Below are positions 24,646 to 37,325 of a stretch of DNA of 64,000 bases, piece by piece. The notes under the pieces are model-generated. The model was not told the DNA's origin. It saw only the letters and a list, made by a program, of their open reading frames with translations, and did not search any database. The stretch is taken from positions 15,283,956 through 15,347,955 of the forward strand of contig JAUZTB010000063.1 in assembly GCA_034780895.1 (NCBI GenBank), in the 5' to 3' direction. The position numbers were made by a program, and so were the translations under genes. Position 1 is the stretch's first letter. Each line of letters begins with the position of its first letter. Source of the stretch: Rhynchobatus australiae (taxonomy: Eukaryota).

Positions 24646-24960
24646 AAGGTGATGCTCGCAGAGGTTTCAGAAATGTTTCTATTCAAAGGTGATGGAAATA
24701 AACAAGTTTGCTGGAACCACCCCCTTTCCCAGACAATCAGAAAGGGAAGATGGGAATATCTGTCGGATTCAGATTCTGCTCTCCCAATTAAGAGATACTC
24801 AGGTGTGTGTTCATCAGCTGATCTTATTAAAGGGAATGCTTCTGTGTTTGCAGGCAAAAATAAGCATGTTAAAGTTTAATCCCTCTACTTGGGGGTAGAT
24901 CTCTCTAAGCTCATGAGTGTTCTACAGGAATGTGCAACCTTGGCTGAGTACAACACAGCA

Positions 24961-25128
24961 ACCACCCCCTCCAGTAACACCCCCTCCAGTAATTAACCCT
25001 CCACTAAACACCCCCTCCAGTAAACACCCCCTCCAATAATTACCCCTCCAGTACACAGCCCCTCCAGTGATTACCCCTCCAGTACACACCCCCTCCAGTA
25101 AACACCCCCTCCAATAATTACCCCTCCA
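24961..25128. repeat. Minisatellite, unit of about 15-16 bp (ACACCCCCTCCAGTA / ATTACCCCTCCA variants), truncated by a gap
   Basis: About 11 visible copies of the core CCCTCCA, directly readable. Confidence 0.95.
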
Positions 25129-25579
25129 NNNNNNNNNNNNNNNNNNNNNNNNNNNNNNNNNNNNNNNNNNNNNNNNNNNNNNNNNNNNNNNNNNNNNNNN
25201 NNNNNNNNNNNNNNNNNNNNNNNNNNNNTGACGGGAAAGATTTTTGAAGGAGACTTAAAGCCTTTTACTTTACACTTCAGAAGCTACAAATGTGGAATTG
25301 GAGGTCATTTTATATTAATGTCAATGATTTAAGTGTGTTTCTCAATGCTATAAGAGGGTGAGTATTTCTCAGTCAATTGGAAGTAATAAACCAAGAGACT
25401 TAACAGTGTTTAACCCTATGAATATTTAATCTTTTTTGCACTTCTCAAACCCCATACATTTACTTTATTCTTTTGATTAGTGATGCACACTTGATATAAT
25501 CTTTATCATATGACAACTCCAAGAAAAATACAGGGAACTACACCAACAACTATACTTGTCCTTTTCTGACCTTACAAAA

Positions 25580-25884
25580 GCACGGTAGCATAGCTGTTAG
25601 CGTAATGCTATTACAGTGCCAGCAACCTGGGTTCAATTCCTGCTGCTACCTATAAGGAGTTTGTACATTCTCCCTGTGTCTGTTGGGTTTCCTCTGGGTG
25701 TTCCAGTTTCCTCCCACATTCCAAAGTCATACAGGTTAGGAGCTGTGGGCAATGCTATGTTGGCGCCAGAAGAGTGGCGACACTTGCGGGCTACCTCCAG
25801 AACATTCTTAGCAACGCAAAAAGACGTATTTCACTGTGTGTTTCAATGTACATGTGACTAATAAACAAATATCTTAACTTATCT
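25580..25884 (+). mobile_element. tRNA-derived V-SINE (HE1-like head) with an atypical tail
   Basis: A box (ggtagcatagctg), B box (gggttcaattcc), V-domain ggagtttgtacattctccctgtg...tttcctcccacattccaaag; ends catgtgactaataaa. Confidence 0.85.
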
Positions 25885-25889
25885 CTGTC

Positions 25890-26275
25890 ACCAGACAGTG
25901 CATTTGCAGAATCTTTCTTAAATGTGGCTATTCTCAGAAATTCATCACTGTTGTTTCCGCTGCAAGATGAAATACAAGCCATGATTCTAGCCAACAGGTC
26001 CACCTAAGGTCCCAATTTCAGCAGAAAACTGGGGTCTAGCAAGGCTATGTCACTGCTCCAATTCTTTACTCAATTTTTCTTGCTGCAATATTATACCTTG
26101 CCTCTCACAAGCTTCCTGCTGAAATGGAACTAATCTGCAAGGGAAACTGCGCCCACTCCAGAACCAAATTTTACTCCATCCTCAATCAGCAAGACAATGC
26201 ACACAATGTTTGTGTATGAACACACTTGAAAACCAACCTCCAAGTCATTGTTCAGTGAAGCATATAAGAGAATAA
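25890..26275 (+). mobile_element. RTE-clade LINE RT fragment
   Basis: Decayed LKCGYSQKFIT, GV*QGYVTAPILYSIFLAA, KLPAEMELI; same family as 49130-50220. Confidence 0.7.
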
Positions 26276-26554
26276 TTTTTAAATATATAATTAACACTAG
26301 AGAGGTACAACAATGCTGTCACTACAAAATCTTTCAAATCTATTAGTATGATAAATGAGCTAATGTCAGCAGCTTCTCCCAGCCAACATTCCCAGCAGTA
26401 AAACTCATGTTTTGGGCTCTGGGTGGAAACAAGTCATCCTCAATATAAAGGTCTGCTCAAGAGGAAGAAGATTGTGGATGAGTTGAGAATGAAACACTCT
26501 AATATTAAGCCTTCCAGCACTATATCAGTTACTGCATCCACAGTGTGTCAGACA

Positions 26555-28955
26555 TGAATGTCGGATGCTGAGGAGCAGATAAGTCGGCAGATTTTGGAAA
26601 TGTGCATAATAACAGGGTTGTTGTCATGGGTGACTTCAACTTCCCTAATATTAATATCCCTAATAACCTTCTTAGTGGAAAAGGTTTAGATGGGGCAGAA
26701 TTTGTTAGGTGTGTCCAGGAAGGATTCCTGACACAGTATTGGACAGGCCGACTCGAGGAGAGGCTACACTGGATCTAGTACAGCAATCGACCTGGTCAGG
26801 TGACAGACCTCTTAGTGTACAAGCATTTCAGAGACAGTAACAATAACTCCCTGACCTTCAGCACAGCCATGGACAAGGTTAGGAGCAGATGATATGGGAA
26901 AGTATTTAACTGAGGGAGGGCTAATTATGATAGTATTAGGCAGGAACTTGGGAACCTAAATTGGGAACAGATGTTCTCAGAAGAAATGTGGAGGTTGTTT
27001 AGGAACTACTTGCATGGGGTCCTGGATAGGTTTAGTCAAGAAAAAGAAAGAAGCGTTTAGTCAAGAGGAAGAAGGAAACTTAAGGTTTAGGAAGCAAAGA
27101 TCAAGCTGGGCTTTTGAGAGTTATAAGGTAGCCAGGAAGGAGCTTAAGAAGGAACTTGGGAGAGCAAGAAGGGGACATGAGAAGGCCTTGGTAAGTAGGA
27201 TTAAGGAAAACCCCAAGGCATTCTACACGTGTGAGGAACAGGAGGGTGACTGGAGTGAGGAAGGACTGCTCAGGAATAAAGGGGGAAACATATGCCTGGA
27301 GGTGAGGAGGTAGGGGAGGTCCTTAATGAATACTTTGATTCAGTGTTCACCAGGGAAAGGGACTTTCACCAATCTGAGATCAGCGTAGAACAGGCTAATA
27401 TGCTGGAGCATGTTGAGTTAAGGAAGAGGTAGTGTTGGAGCTTCTGAAAAACATTAGGGTAGATAAGTCCCTGGGGCTGTACGAGATATACCCCAGGTTA
27501 CTACAGTAAGCAAGGAAAGAGATTGCTGGGGCGTTGATGATGATCTTCGCATCCTCCCTGGCCACAGGATTGGTACCAGAGAACTGGAGGATGGCAAATG
27601 TTGTTCTGTTGTTCAAGAAAGGTAATAGGGATAGTCCTGGGAATTATAGACCAATGAGTCTTAAATCAGCAGTGGGAAAACTATTGGAGAGGATTTTAGG
27701 GACAGAATTTATGAACATTTGGAGAAGCATGCTCTTATTAGAAATAGCCAGTGTGGCTTTGTGAGGGGCAGGTCATGCCTTACGAGCCTAATTGAATTTT
27801 TTGAGGAGGTGACAATACAAATTGATGAAGGTAGAGCGGTGGATGTGGTGTATATGGATTTTAGTAAGGCATTTGACAAGGTTCCCCATGGTAGGCACAT
27901 GCAGAAAGTCATCAGGCATGGGATCCGTGGAAACTTGGCTGCATGGATTCGGAATTGGCTTGCCCGCAGAATGCAGAGGGTGGTGGTATATGGAACATAT
28001 TCTGCCTGGAGGTCGGTGACTAGTGGTGTTTCACCGGGGTCTGTTTTGGGACCTCTGCTCTTTGTGATTTTTATAAATGACTTGGTTGAGGAAGTGGAGG
28101 GGTGGGTTAATAAGTTTGCAGATGACATGGAGGTTGAAGATGTTGTGGATACTGAAGAAGGTTGTCATAAGTTACAACGGAATATAGTCAGAATACAGAG
28201 TTGGGCGAAGTAGCAGATGGAGTTCAACCCAGAAAAGTGTGAAGTGATGCACTTTGGAGAACAAACAAAGGCAGGGNNNNNNNNNNNNNNNNNNNNNNNN
28301 NNNNNNNNNNNNNNNNNNNNNNNNNNNNNNNNNNNNNNNNNNNNNNNNNNNNNNNNNNNNNNNNNNNNNNNNNNNNNNNNNNNNNNNNNNNNNNNNNNNN
28401 NNNNNNNNNNNNNNNNNNNNNNNNNNNNNNNNNNNNNNNNNNNNNNNNNNNNNNNNNNNNNNNNNNNNNNNNNNNNNNNNNNNNNNNNNNNNNNNNNNNN
28501 NNNNNNNNNNNNNNNNNNNNNNNNNNNNNNNNNNNNNNNNNNNNNNNNNNCCAGGATGCTGCCTGGATTAGAGAACATGTCTTATGAGGAAAGGTTGAGT
28601 GAGCTAGGGCTTTTCTCTTTGGAGTGATGGAGGATGAGAGGTGACTTGATACAGGTGTATAAGATGATGAGAGGCATAGATAGTGCACACCCAGCATCTT
28701 TTTCCCTGGGTGGCAGTGGCCAATACTAGAGAACATCCATTTAAGGTGACTGGAGAAAAGTTTAGGGGAGATGTCAGAGGTAGGTTTTTTTTACAGAGAG
28801 TGGTGGTTGCCTGGAACGCATGGATGTAAGAAAAATGGAGGGTCATGGGCTGTGTAGGAGGTAAGGTTTATATGGTGGAGTTGGTTTATATAGGTCAGCA
28901 CAACATTGTGGGCCGAAGGGCCCGTACTGTGCTGTACTGTTCTATGTTCTGTGTC
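26555..28955 (+). mobile_element. CR1 LINE (HER1-like), 5'-truncated and disrupted ORF2
   Basis: VMGDFNFP (endonuclease end), GLVPENWRMANVVLLFKKG, VDVVYMDFSKAFDKVPH, PGSVLGPLLFVIFINDL, KFADD, and a standard tail. Frameshifts and stops are present. Confidence 0.95.
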
Positions 28956-30024
28956 ATCAAATAGCATGGTGACTTCTTTCATCTAGGTTCATAGCTCTGA
29001 GGTTGGTGGGCGCTGAGTGGAATCATATACAGGCATGGAATTTAATGAGCAATAGTGACAGAAAAAAGAGAATAGGAAGCCAAGGAGTGTGTGGGCATGT
29101 ATGGAAATAAAGCTCCATTTTTTCAGATTACCTCGTGAACTGATCTCAGGAAAGTACAGCTTTGTTAGATACTGTGTAAAAGTCTAGGCTATCTCATCAA
29201 ACACTTTCAGGCTGGATGCAGTATGGGTTGATATTGGAATAAAGTTCATTTTACACTCTCATTAAGCACATGGAGTGTTTAAAATAAGTTGTACATAAAC
29301 TAATGTTCTCTCTGCACAACTCCCATCAGACATTCCCAAGCCAGTTACAGCCCAGTTACACTCCTACCACGCTATCTCATCAAACATTCAGGAGAAAGGC
29401 AAAAAGTAAGGAGTGGAAACTGATTTCTTACAACACTGCCTTATTGAAGTAAAATAGGATTTTTTTATCTCTGAATAACACTCCTGATTTGTCCTTTCTT
29501 TTCTCCTGTTAATATGTTCAAATACCATTTCAGAGGACTATAAAGGAAGTCATTGAAGTCTGAAGCTGTATTTTTGCATAACAAAAGATCGTGAATTTGT
29601 ATTTTGGATAAATTCCCTATCTTCCACCTTATTTTTAAATAACCAACTTGAATCTCAGCTTATACTAAACCATAACTTACTGGTGCAATTTATTTTATGT
29701 TGGCCCCTAAATCGTAGACACACAGGTGCATGAGGGAATGTAGGTGAAACACTGATGTAATAACATTTACTTAATTGACTGAACCAGTCTCATTGGTGAG
29801 GGATTACACTGGTGCACAATCACTGGATGAAGGCCAAAGCAATATGGCCCAGTTCCAGTAATAGGGAAACACACAAGGAAGCCCAGGTACAGCTGAGCCA
29901 GTTAGCTTTACTGTTTCTACAAATGACCTTTCCATTTGTGAGCTTGCATACATGAATAGGATTGTCAGATTGTTTTTAAAATCACTCTCTAGTCTGATGC
30001 CTCCCTTGATATTTGTTTCAGCCC

Positions 30025-31480
30025 ATAAGAACATAAGACATAGGAACAGGAGTAGGCCAATCAGCCCTCCGGGCCTGCTCCACTGTTCAGTAAGATCATA
30101 GCTGATTTAGTTTTGCCTCAACCATTTTCCCAGTCTCTCTTCACATCCCTTGACTATAAGAATTCTCACTGTCAATATCAATTAAGTTATAGAATCATAG
30201 AGCAATACAGCACGGATACAGGCCCTTTGGCCCAATCAACCATTTCTTCTGGCAGCTTGTTCCATGTACTCCACCCTCTGTGTGAAATATTTGCCCCTCA
30301 GGTCCCTTTTACATCTTTCCCCCCTCACCCTAAATCTATGCCCCCTAGTTTTGGATTCCTGTACCCTGGGGAAATGATTTATGATCTATGCCTCTCATAA
30401 TTTTAAACATCTCTATCACGTCGCCCCTCATTCTCCTAAATTCCAAGGAATAAAGACCTAGCCTGGCCAACCTCTCCCTATAATTCAGGCCCTCTAGTCC
30501 TGGCAACATCCCCGTAAATTTTTTCTGCACTCTTTCCAGTTTAACCACATCTTTCCTATAACAAGGTGACCAAAACTGTGCACAGTACTCCAGGTGCAGC
30601 CTCACCAACAACTTATACAACTGCAACATGATGTCCCAATTCCTTCATTCAGTGCCCTGGCTGATGAAGGCCTGCATGCTAAATGCTTTTTTCACCACCC
30701 TGTCTACCTGTGACACCACCTTCAATGAACTATGAACTTGTACTCCTCGGTCCTTCTGTTCCATTATACTTCCTAGTGCCCTACCATTTGTAGTGTAAGT
30801 CCTATGCTGGTTTGACGTTCCAACATGCGTCACCTCACACTTAAATGTATTGAAATCCATTTGCCATTCCTCAGCCCACTTTCCTAACTGATTAAGATCC
30901 CCTTGTAATCTACAATAACCTTCTTCACTATCAACAACACCTCCTTATTTCGTGTCTTCTCCAAACTTACTGATCAAGCGACGTGCATTCGCATTTAAGT
31001 CATTTATGTAAATGCAGCACGGTAGCATAGTGGTTAGCACGATGCTATTACAGCGCCAGCAACCCAGGTTCATTTCCCGCCGCTGCCTGTAAGGAGTTTG
31101 TACATTCTCCCGTGTCTGCATGGGTTTCTTCCGGGTGCTCCAGTTTCCTCCCACATTCCAAAGACNNNNNNNNNNNNNNNNNNNNNNNNNNNNNNNNNNN
31201 NNNNNNNNNNNNNNNNNNNNNNNNNNNNNNNNNNNNNNNNNNNNNNNNNNNNNNNNNNNNNNNNNAGGTTAATTTGGGGTTTAAAAAAACGGGTGGTGTG
31301 GACTCGTTGGGCCGGAAGGGCCTGTTACCATGCTGTAAATAATTTTTTTTAAAACAAATAACAAGAGTCGCAACACCAACCCCTGTGGCACGCCACTAGT
31401 CACTGGCATCCATTCTGAGAAACAACCTTCAATCACTACCCTCTGCTTCCTACCTCCAAACCCATTTTGAATCTAATTAA
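30025..31480 (-). mobile_element. CR1 LINE fragments (two 3' ends) hosting an HE1 SINE
   Basis: LYKLLVRLHLEYCAQFWSPCYRKDVVKLERVQKKFT on -. RT sequence (YINDL...KFGEDTK, VPQG) lies on both sides of the SINE. Confidence 0.9.
31014..31345 (+). mobile_element. HE1-like V-SINE with CR1-type tail
   Basis: gcagcacggtagcatagtggttagc...ggttcatttcc...V-domain...ggactcgttgggccggaagggcctgttaccatgctgta; partly gapped. Confidence 0.9.
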
Positions 31481-33699
31481 GTGCTTCAGAATAATGAAGC
31501 GTAGGCTATTGTTAATAAATTCTATTCATTTAACAGTCGATTTATCACAGCCCCACACTCACCTTTTCTGTCACCCAATCTTGTTAAGGTGCTGGCTGAC
31601 ATAGGGCTACATTCTTTCTGGCTGCTGTTTCCGATTTCACCCGAGACCAGCGGTTGTTCATAAGTAAATTGGAACTGTGTCACCAGGATATTTGAATCAG
31701 TGGGTAAGAGTTATAAGTCCAGCACCCTAACCTGAATCATTTTCCTTTTGCTGCCTTTTTCCCTCAACTCCATTTCCCCTCCCCATCCCATCACACTCTC
31801 CATTTTTACCCCCAGAAACTAGGTCAAAGGTTTTTTTTAAAATAACGTCAGCACAGATGCAATGGACCAAATGAATTCCTTCTGTGTAGTCTCTTATTAT
31901 GAATACATTTTACATTTTCCTGCCATTTTCCTAAACACCGGCTACTTTGTACAAAACCCATGATCTGGATGAGAGAATTTGCAAATCAGCCATGCTTAGC
32001 ATAAGGCAATCATTCAATCTTTCATAGCTGAGGCCTAAAGAGGCCTTTGATAATAAGCAGTGTATATGCCCTGTGACCCAGGAAGACCTGAATAAGGGAG
32101 TGGCAATAAAACCTATGCTAATATGCAAATAATCTGTCCAACAAAGAGGCAGTACACAAATGCAAGTTTTCATTTCTAGAGGCAGCAGTCAGGGACTTAG
32201 GAAGTATTAATAAGCATTGTATGCTATTTATACACAGATACAGTTAATGCTAATTTTGCTTTTATTGAAAGAATGAAGTGCAGTCATCAAACATTAGTAT
32301 TGTACAGGAGCACAAGTTGAAGATAAGGAGATTTAATTAAAACATAAAACAGGACAGGAACAGCGCTTCGGCCCAGAGTGTTTGTGCTGACCAATCATTA
32401 TCATTCTTGTCTTCTGAACATAAAGAGTGGTCTGAAACAGAAGCACCTGGTGTCTCTATAGAATGATATATCTGGAATCTATTGACTAATTCTCTGTGTA
32501 TCTTCTTCCCCCATGAGTAAAGAGGAGCTGCTTATTATGCAATCGTAAAGCCATGACGGCCAGAAAACACTTGTAAAGGAAAGTCAGATTCTTCTTTTTC
32601 ATTTTATATTCTCAGCTTTGATTTGAAGGGATTTGTGAAAAATAGCAAAGTGCTACTATCTGTCAGGTAGTTTAACTGGTGCTAGAAGAGGGAGCAGGTG
32701 CTCAAGAGAAATCTCATTCCAATCTTGTTTTAAGCACATTTGCTTGCACTGCTTCCTTTTACTTCTATATATTGGTATGTGCGTCAATGACATCTTGAAT
32801 ATTGAAGAAGGAAGTGGTTAGTTTGCATCATACTGCTCCAATCCCCCATTTTCTACAAAAAGAATAGCTGAAGGTTGGCAAGTGAAAGTCTTGCCACTCT
32901 CTAAGCATATAAGTCTACTTTGTAGTAACACATTCAAAGGAGTTTTGTGAAAACATTCACTTTTTTTCTCGAAGCTGATTGTCAACTCATTACCTGGCAT
33001 GTATCATACCTGACAGAATTAATTTGCTGTTTTTATTTGTGTATGTTGTTGACCAAATTTTCTTCTTGAAGATGATTAGCCATATTTGGAGGAGGTTAGA
33101 TTGGTGCTCTTTGACACAGTGTTTCTTATGTTCATATGGACGTTGTGCCACTGTTAAGACAGATACTGCCCCTTACATGATGACCATACTGGAGTTTCCA
33201 GCAAAGAAATCTACACCGAATTATGCAGTATTTCCGACAAATGGCTTATGATTTTTATTCAGCTGCATAAATGTCATCCTCCCCCCACCCCAGTTATCAC
33301 CTAATCTTGGGTAAAAATGTGGCTGAGGCTTTCAAATCCTACCTTTCTCAGAGAAATTGAAGCCAATTGCAGTACCCCAGGAATTGCACATTCAACACTG
33401 AGTTAGAATTGACCAGATTGTACATTTTTATCAAGTTGAACCAAAGCACTTGTTATTTTTAGTGCTGTGTGAAAATTGTTCCAGAATATTTCCATTTCAC
33501 TGCTTTGAGCTTTCTTCAGTTTAAGTGAATGAGCTGAAAGATGCAAAAAGAGTGGGGCATAATATAAACACTGACAGTTGAGGAATAGTGTGAAATGATG
33601 TCTATGATTGTATAGAAAATATTAAGGACTTCAGCATTTTTAAACAATGGATCAGTCACCAAGCTCAGATAAAGTGTATTGTAGTCTCTTAAGCAAGGG

Positions 33700-34390
33700 A
33701 GAAAAAAAATCAAAGACTCTGATCATTATTTTCCAATCCTCTTTAACTATTGACATTGTGCTGATGAACTGGAAGACTGCAAATCTGATGTTTTTTTAAA
33801 AGGGGGAAAGCATTCAGCTGAGTACCTGCAAACTAGTCGACTGAATATAAGCAGTGGACATATAAATGGAACAAATTCTGAGGAACAGTATAATTCAGTG
33901 TTTAGAAAGGCACGGGTTGATCCAGAGCAGACTGCATGGATTTGGTAAGGGAAGGTTGTGACTGCCTAACTTGATTGAATTTTACATTGGCTGGGTTGGA
34001 GATTTGTTGGAACAAAATATGTTGAGGATAGATTTTGTGTATAAAATGATGAGTCTTGACAAGGTGAACAAGAAGGTTCTACTTCCCCTAGAAGAGGTGT
34101 CTTTACAGTAAGTGGCAGAAGCATTAGAGAAGACTTGAGGAAAAAAATTTTCACCATGTGGATGATGTGGGTCTAGAAGTCAATGCCTCAAAGGGTAGTA
34201 GATGCAGAAGCTGTCATCATATTTTAAAAGTACTTGGATGAGCACTTGATGTGCCATAACCTGAATATCTCTGGGCCAAGGGCTAGGAATTGGGAGAAGC
34301 CTAAATAACACTTTTTTTTTGGCCAGCATAGACACAGTGGACTGAATAACATTCTTTTGGATTGTAAATTTTTAGGATTTTATGCTGTTG
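33700..34390 (+). mobile_element. Old CR1 fragment with internal deletion
   Basis: Decayed NWKTAN, HGFGKGRL..LPNLIEF, then ORF2 end FTMWMMWV*KSMP and FKKYLDEHL. Confidence 0.7.
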
Positions 34391-36057
34391 TAGAAAATTA
34401 AATGGTTGAGACTTATGTGTACCACACAGCAGTATGATATGAGCTTAGTACTACGAGCAGCATTCTTAATGTAACCACAGTGCAGATAAGTTGGTAGGTA
34501 CCACCAGACAAGGAAAACTATGAATAAGATATTCAGGAGATCTACTCTTGCACTCCTCCCATTAACAAGATCAAGGCAAAGTATGGCATTCAATACCCTT
34601 GCAGATATCGGAGATCTACATGTGCAACATGTGGAGATCTACAGAAAACACACACACAATGTTTCCCAGGTGGATTATTAAATGGATTGTCCACACAACC
34701 AGCACAAAGTAGAATCTCCCAGTTTGATGCATGATCTGTGTAATGTTGCAAATTTCAGCAAGACACACAGTGTGGTCATGTATTCGTGACCTGTGAGTGT
34801 CTTAGTTGATCAGAATTCCAATTCCATTCCAGAAATGTGCACCAAAGTACAGGCCGGCTTATAATAGGATCAGATAAAGCAAAGGGGAAGCCTGATAGCC
34901 CTCACCTGCTTCATTCAAATTAATGGGCTTAATTGAAGCATTTGGAAGATCAGGTAGCTTCTTAACACGATTATTTCCCACATGTGTCTGCCTGTTCTGC
35001 ATCATTCTATGGAACTGAGGCAAAGATTCAGTGTAAGACCTGATTCCCACCAATTCTGTCTCCTATTTATCTGAAATCAGTCTCCATGATTGCTAGGTGG
35101 TTAATGGGCAAAGCTGAAGACAGTTGGTGGGGTGTGGAAGGGGGAGGGATGTGTAGGCGTTCAGGTGGGTAGCAGTGGAGGGGATGGATTGAAGACCAGG
35201 TAGTTTTCAAGAGCACATTGTTAATCAATACCATTGCTGTCAGTTTAAGTTTATTTTGACCTTATTTTGCTGTTATCATTTTGTCATTCCACAAGTTAGT
35301 GTGCTGCCACAACTTAATCCCATTCTGCAAACATTCCAGTTTCAGACAGTAGGTTTCATTGTGAGTTACTGTGTATCTTTTAAAGGAGTAATGGGCCGAT
35401 AGAGGGCCCATCAGGCACCAGAATTGGAAATACATATCACATAGTTTACCCCACCCTGGAGTATACAGACAACAGGCACATATCTCTACATTGTCAGAAG
35501 AGCATTTCTTCTGAAGGCTACACTGTGCTAAAGAAGCTATTGGTAGGAAATGACACAAGTTGCAAGCATATTTTTAATCCTCCTCCTTCTGCTGAGATTG
35601 ACATGACACTGCTAATGGCTGTTAGGATTACTAACACCCCTTCATGTTTCAGCAAAAAAGTTATTTGAGGTAGCCATGAAGCAAGCCTAAGGCATGTTGT
35701 TTGCTGGGGCACTTGTATTGGAAAGATTCTCAAAGGTCCAGAGAATAACATATTTCAATCATGCGCCTCTCCGGGTTCTTTGTTCATGTTTATTGCCTTA
35801 ATGAACAGAAAAATTTCAAATCTCTTGACCAGTAAATAAATGTTTACTTCACTGAATTGATTTTAAAATATCCCACCTTGCCACTTCTCGTATGTAGTTA
35901 TTTCTGATTTCTAGAATACCTTTATGTGATATAATTGTGATTCTTCATGATTTGAGATGAGTGTCAGTACAAACTTGTCCATTTACTATACCATTATTAT
36001 CATAGACATAAAATAGTTACAGTGTGGGGGAGTCATTCACCCCATCGTGTCTGTGCT

Positions 36058-36114
36058 AGCATTATTCACTTTGTTTGAGCATTATTCACTTTGTTTGAGC
36101 ATTATTCACTTTGT
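36058..36114. repeat. 20-bp tandem repeat, about 2.8 perfect copies
   Basis: AGCATTATTCACTTTGTTTG repeated directly. Confidence 0.95.
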
Positions 36115-37224
36115 ATCTGGGGGGAATATTTTTCTAGTTGGATGGAGTTCATGGTTGTTCAAGAGGCACCAACATCAAGAAAGCAAGGAGCAAAGCAATG
36201 TCTTTCAATTTGCTGAATTCACCAATATCCTATCTCTGCACCACTATGAACATATATGACGACACACTGGAAAATATGGACAATTTTCTTATTTCAAGAC
36301 TATCTCAGCAAAGACTCTCTTTGGTATTGAAATTCCCAATGAACCAGCATTTGCCTTGGCCTTCTGAAAAATCAAGACCTCAAACCCAACACAAAACCAG
36401 TCTGCCTCTAATGCTGAGTTAATCAGAATTATTCTCACATGCCAATATTTCTGCTTTTGTTGATCAGTCAACCTGGAATGTAAAGTTGAATTTCCAGCCT
36501 CCACAACAAGAGAGAGTTGAGTTCAAACCCCACACCCTAGACTGAGATTCAGCTACTGCTACTGAGCCAAAAGCCTTGTTCTTAGGAGTAGTGTAGAGGG
36601 GGAGGAAGGAAAGCATTTTCCACTATTCCCATGAAGGTGATGTTGTTGCTGTCATATACTCTCTTCAGTGCTGGTACTTGATTTTAGTTATGTCACTAGT
36701 CATTCACCACTGGAGAGTATATATGTATGCAGATTCTGGTGAGAGTTATTGGATAGCTAGTAGGACAGGATCACTTTGTGGCTTTTTCTCCTCTTCTTGA
36801 ACCCAGCTTATTACAATTAATAGGAGAAGTTCACAAACAGCATTTCATCAGCCAAAGCAGTAGGAGCAGCAGACAACAACATTTAAACTTTTCTTATCAG
36901 TATTTGATGTAAGCAAAGGGAACTAAATAAGGCAGTGTGGTTATGAACCAATAAAGCAAAGTGACACTCTAGCTAAAGCAGTTCTGTGTTGCACATTAAG
37001 TTCGCTCAGCAATTCAAAATTTAATAGAAATTTAGATGGTGCAGATGTACATTTTTCTTTGGTGATGCTCCATTGTGCAGTGTCATGCTGAGGTACATCA
37101 GTTTAATCTAGGGCAATTGCTGAATCCTGGCTCTTCGTATCTTGGTTGTTGCCTGTGGAGAAGGAAAATTAGAACATAGATTACTCCAGAAAGCCCCAGC
37201 TCTACCTTTCCCATGAATGTCAGA

Positions 37225-37325
37225 AAAACTGCAGATGTTGGCAGTCTGAAATCAAAACAGAAAATAGTAGAAACACTCCGGCATATGCGGAAAGAAAAAC
37301 AGTTAACATATCAGGTTGAAAAATA
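37225..37325. mobile_element. Single arm of the Penelope-derived palindromic repeat
   Basis: aaactgcagatgttggcagtctgaaatcaaaacagaaaatag...ggaaagaaaaacagttaacatatcaggttga. Confidence 0.6.

Noticed and set aside
25580-25660. tRNA gene (also 31014 and 54014)
   Set aside because: The A/B boxes belong to SINE heads. There is no complete cloverleaf, and V-domain sequence follows.
27719-28213. 164-aa reverse-transcriptase ORF as a functional gene or novel RT system
   Set aside because: It is a fragment of a frameshifted, 5'-truncated CR1 LINE.
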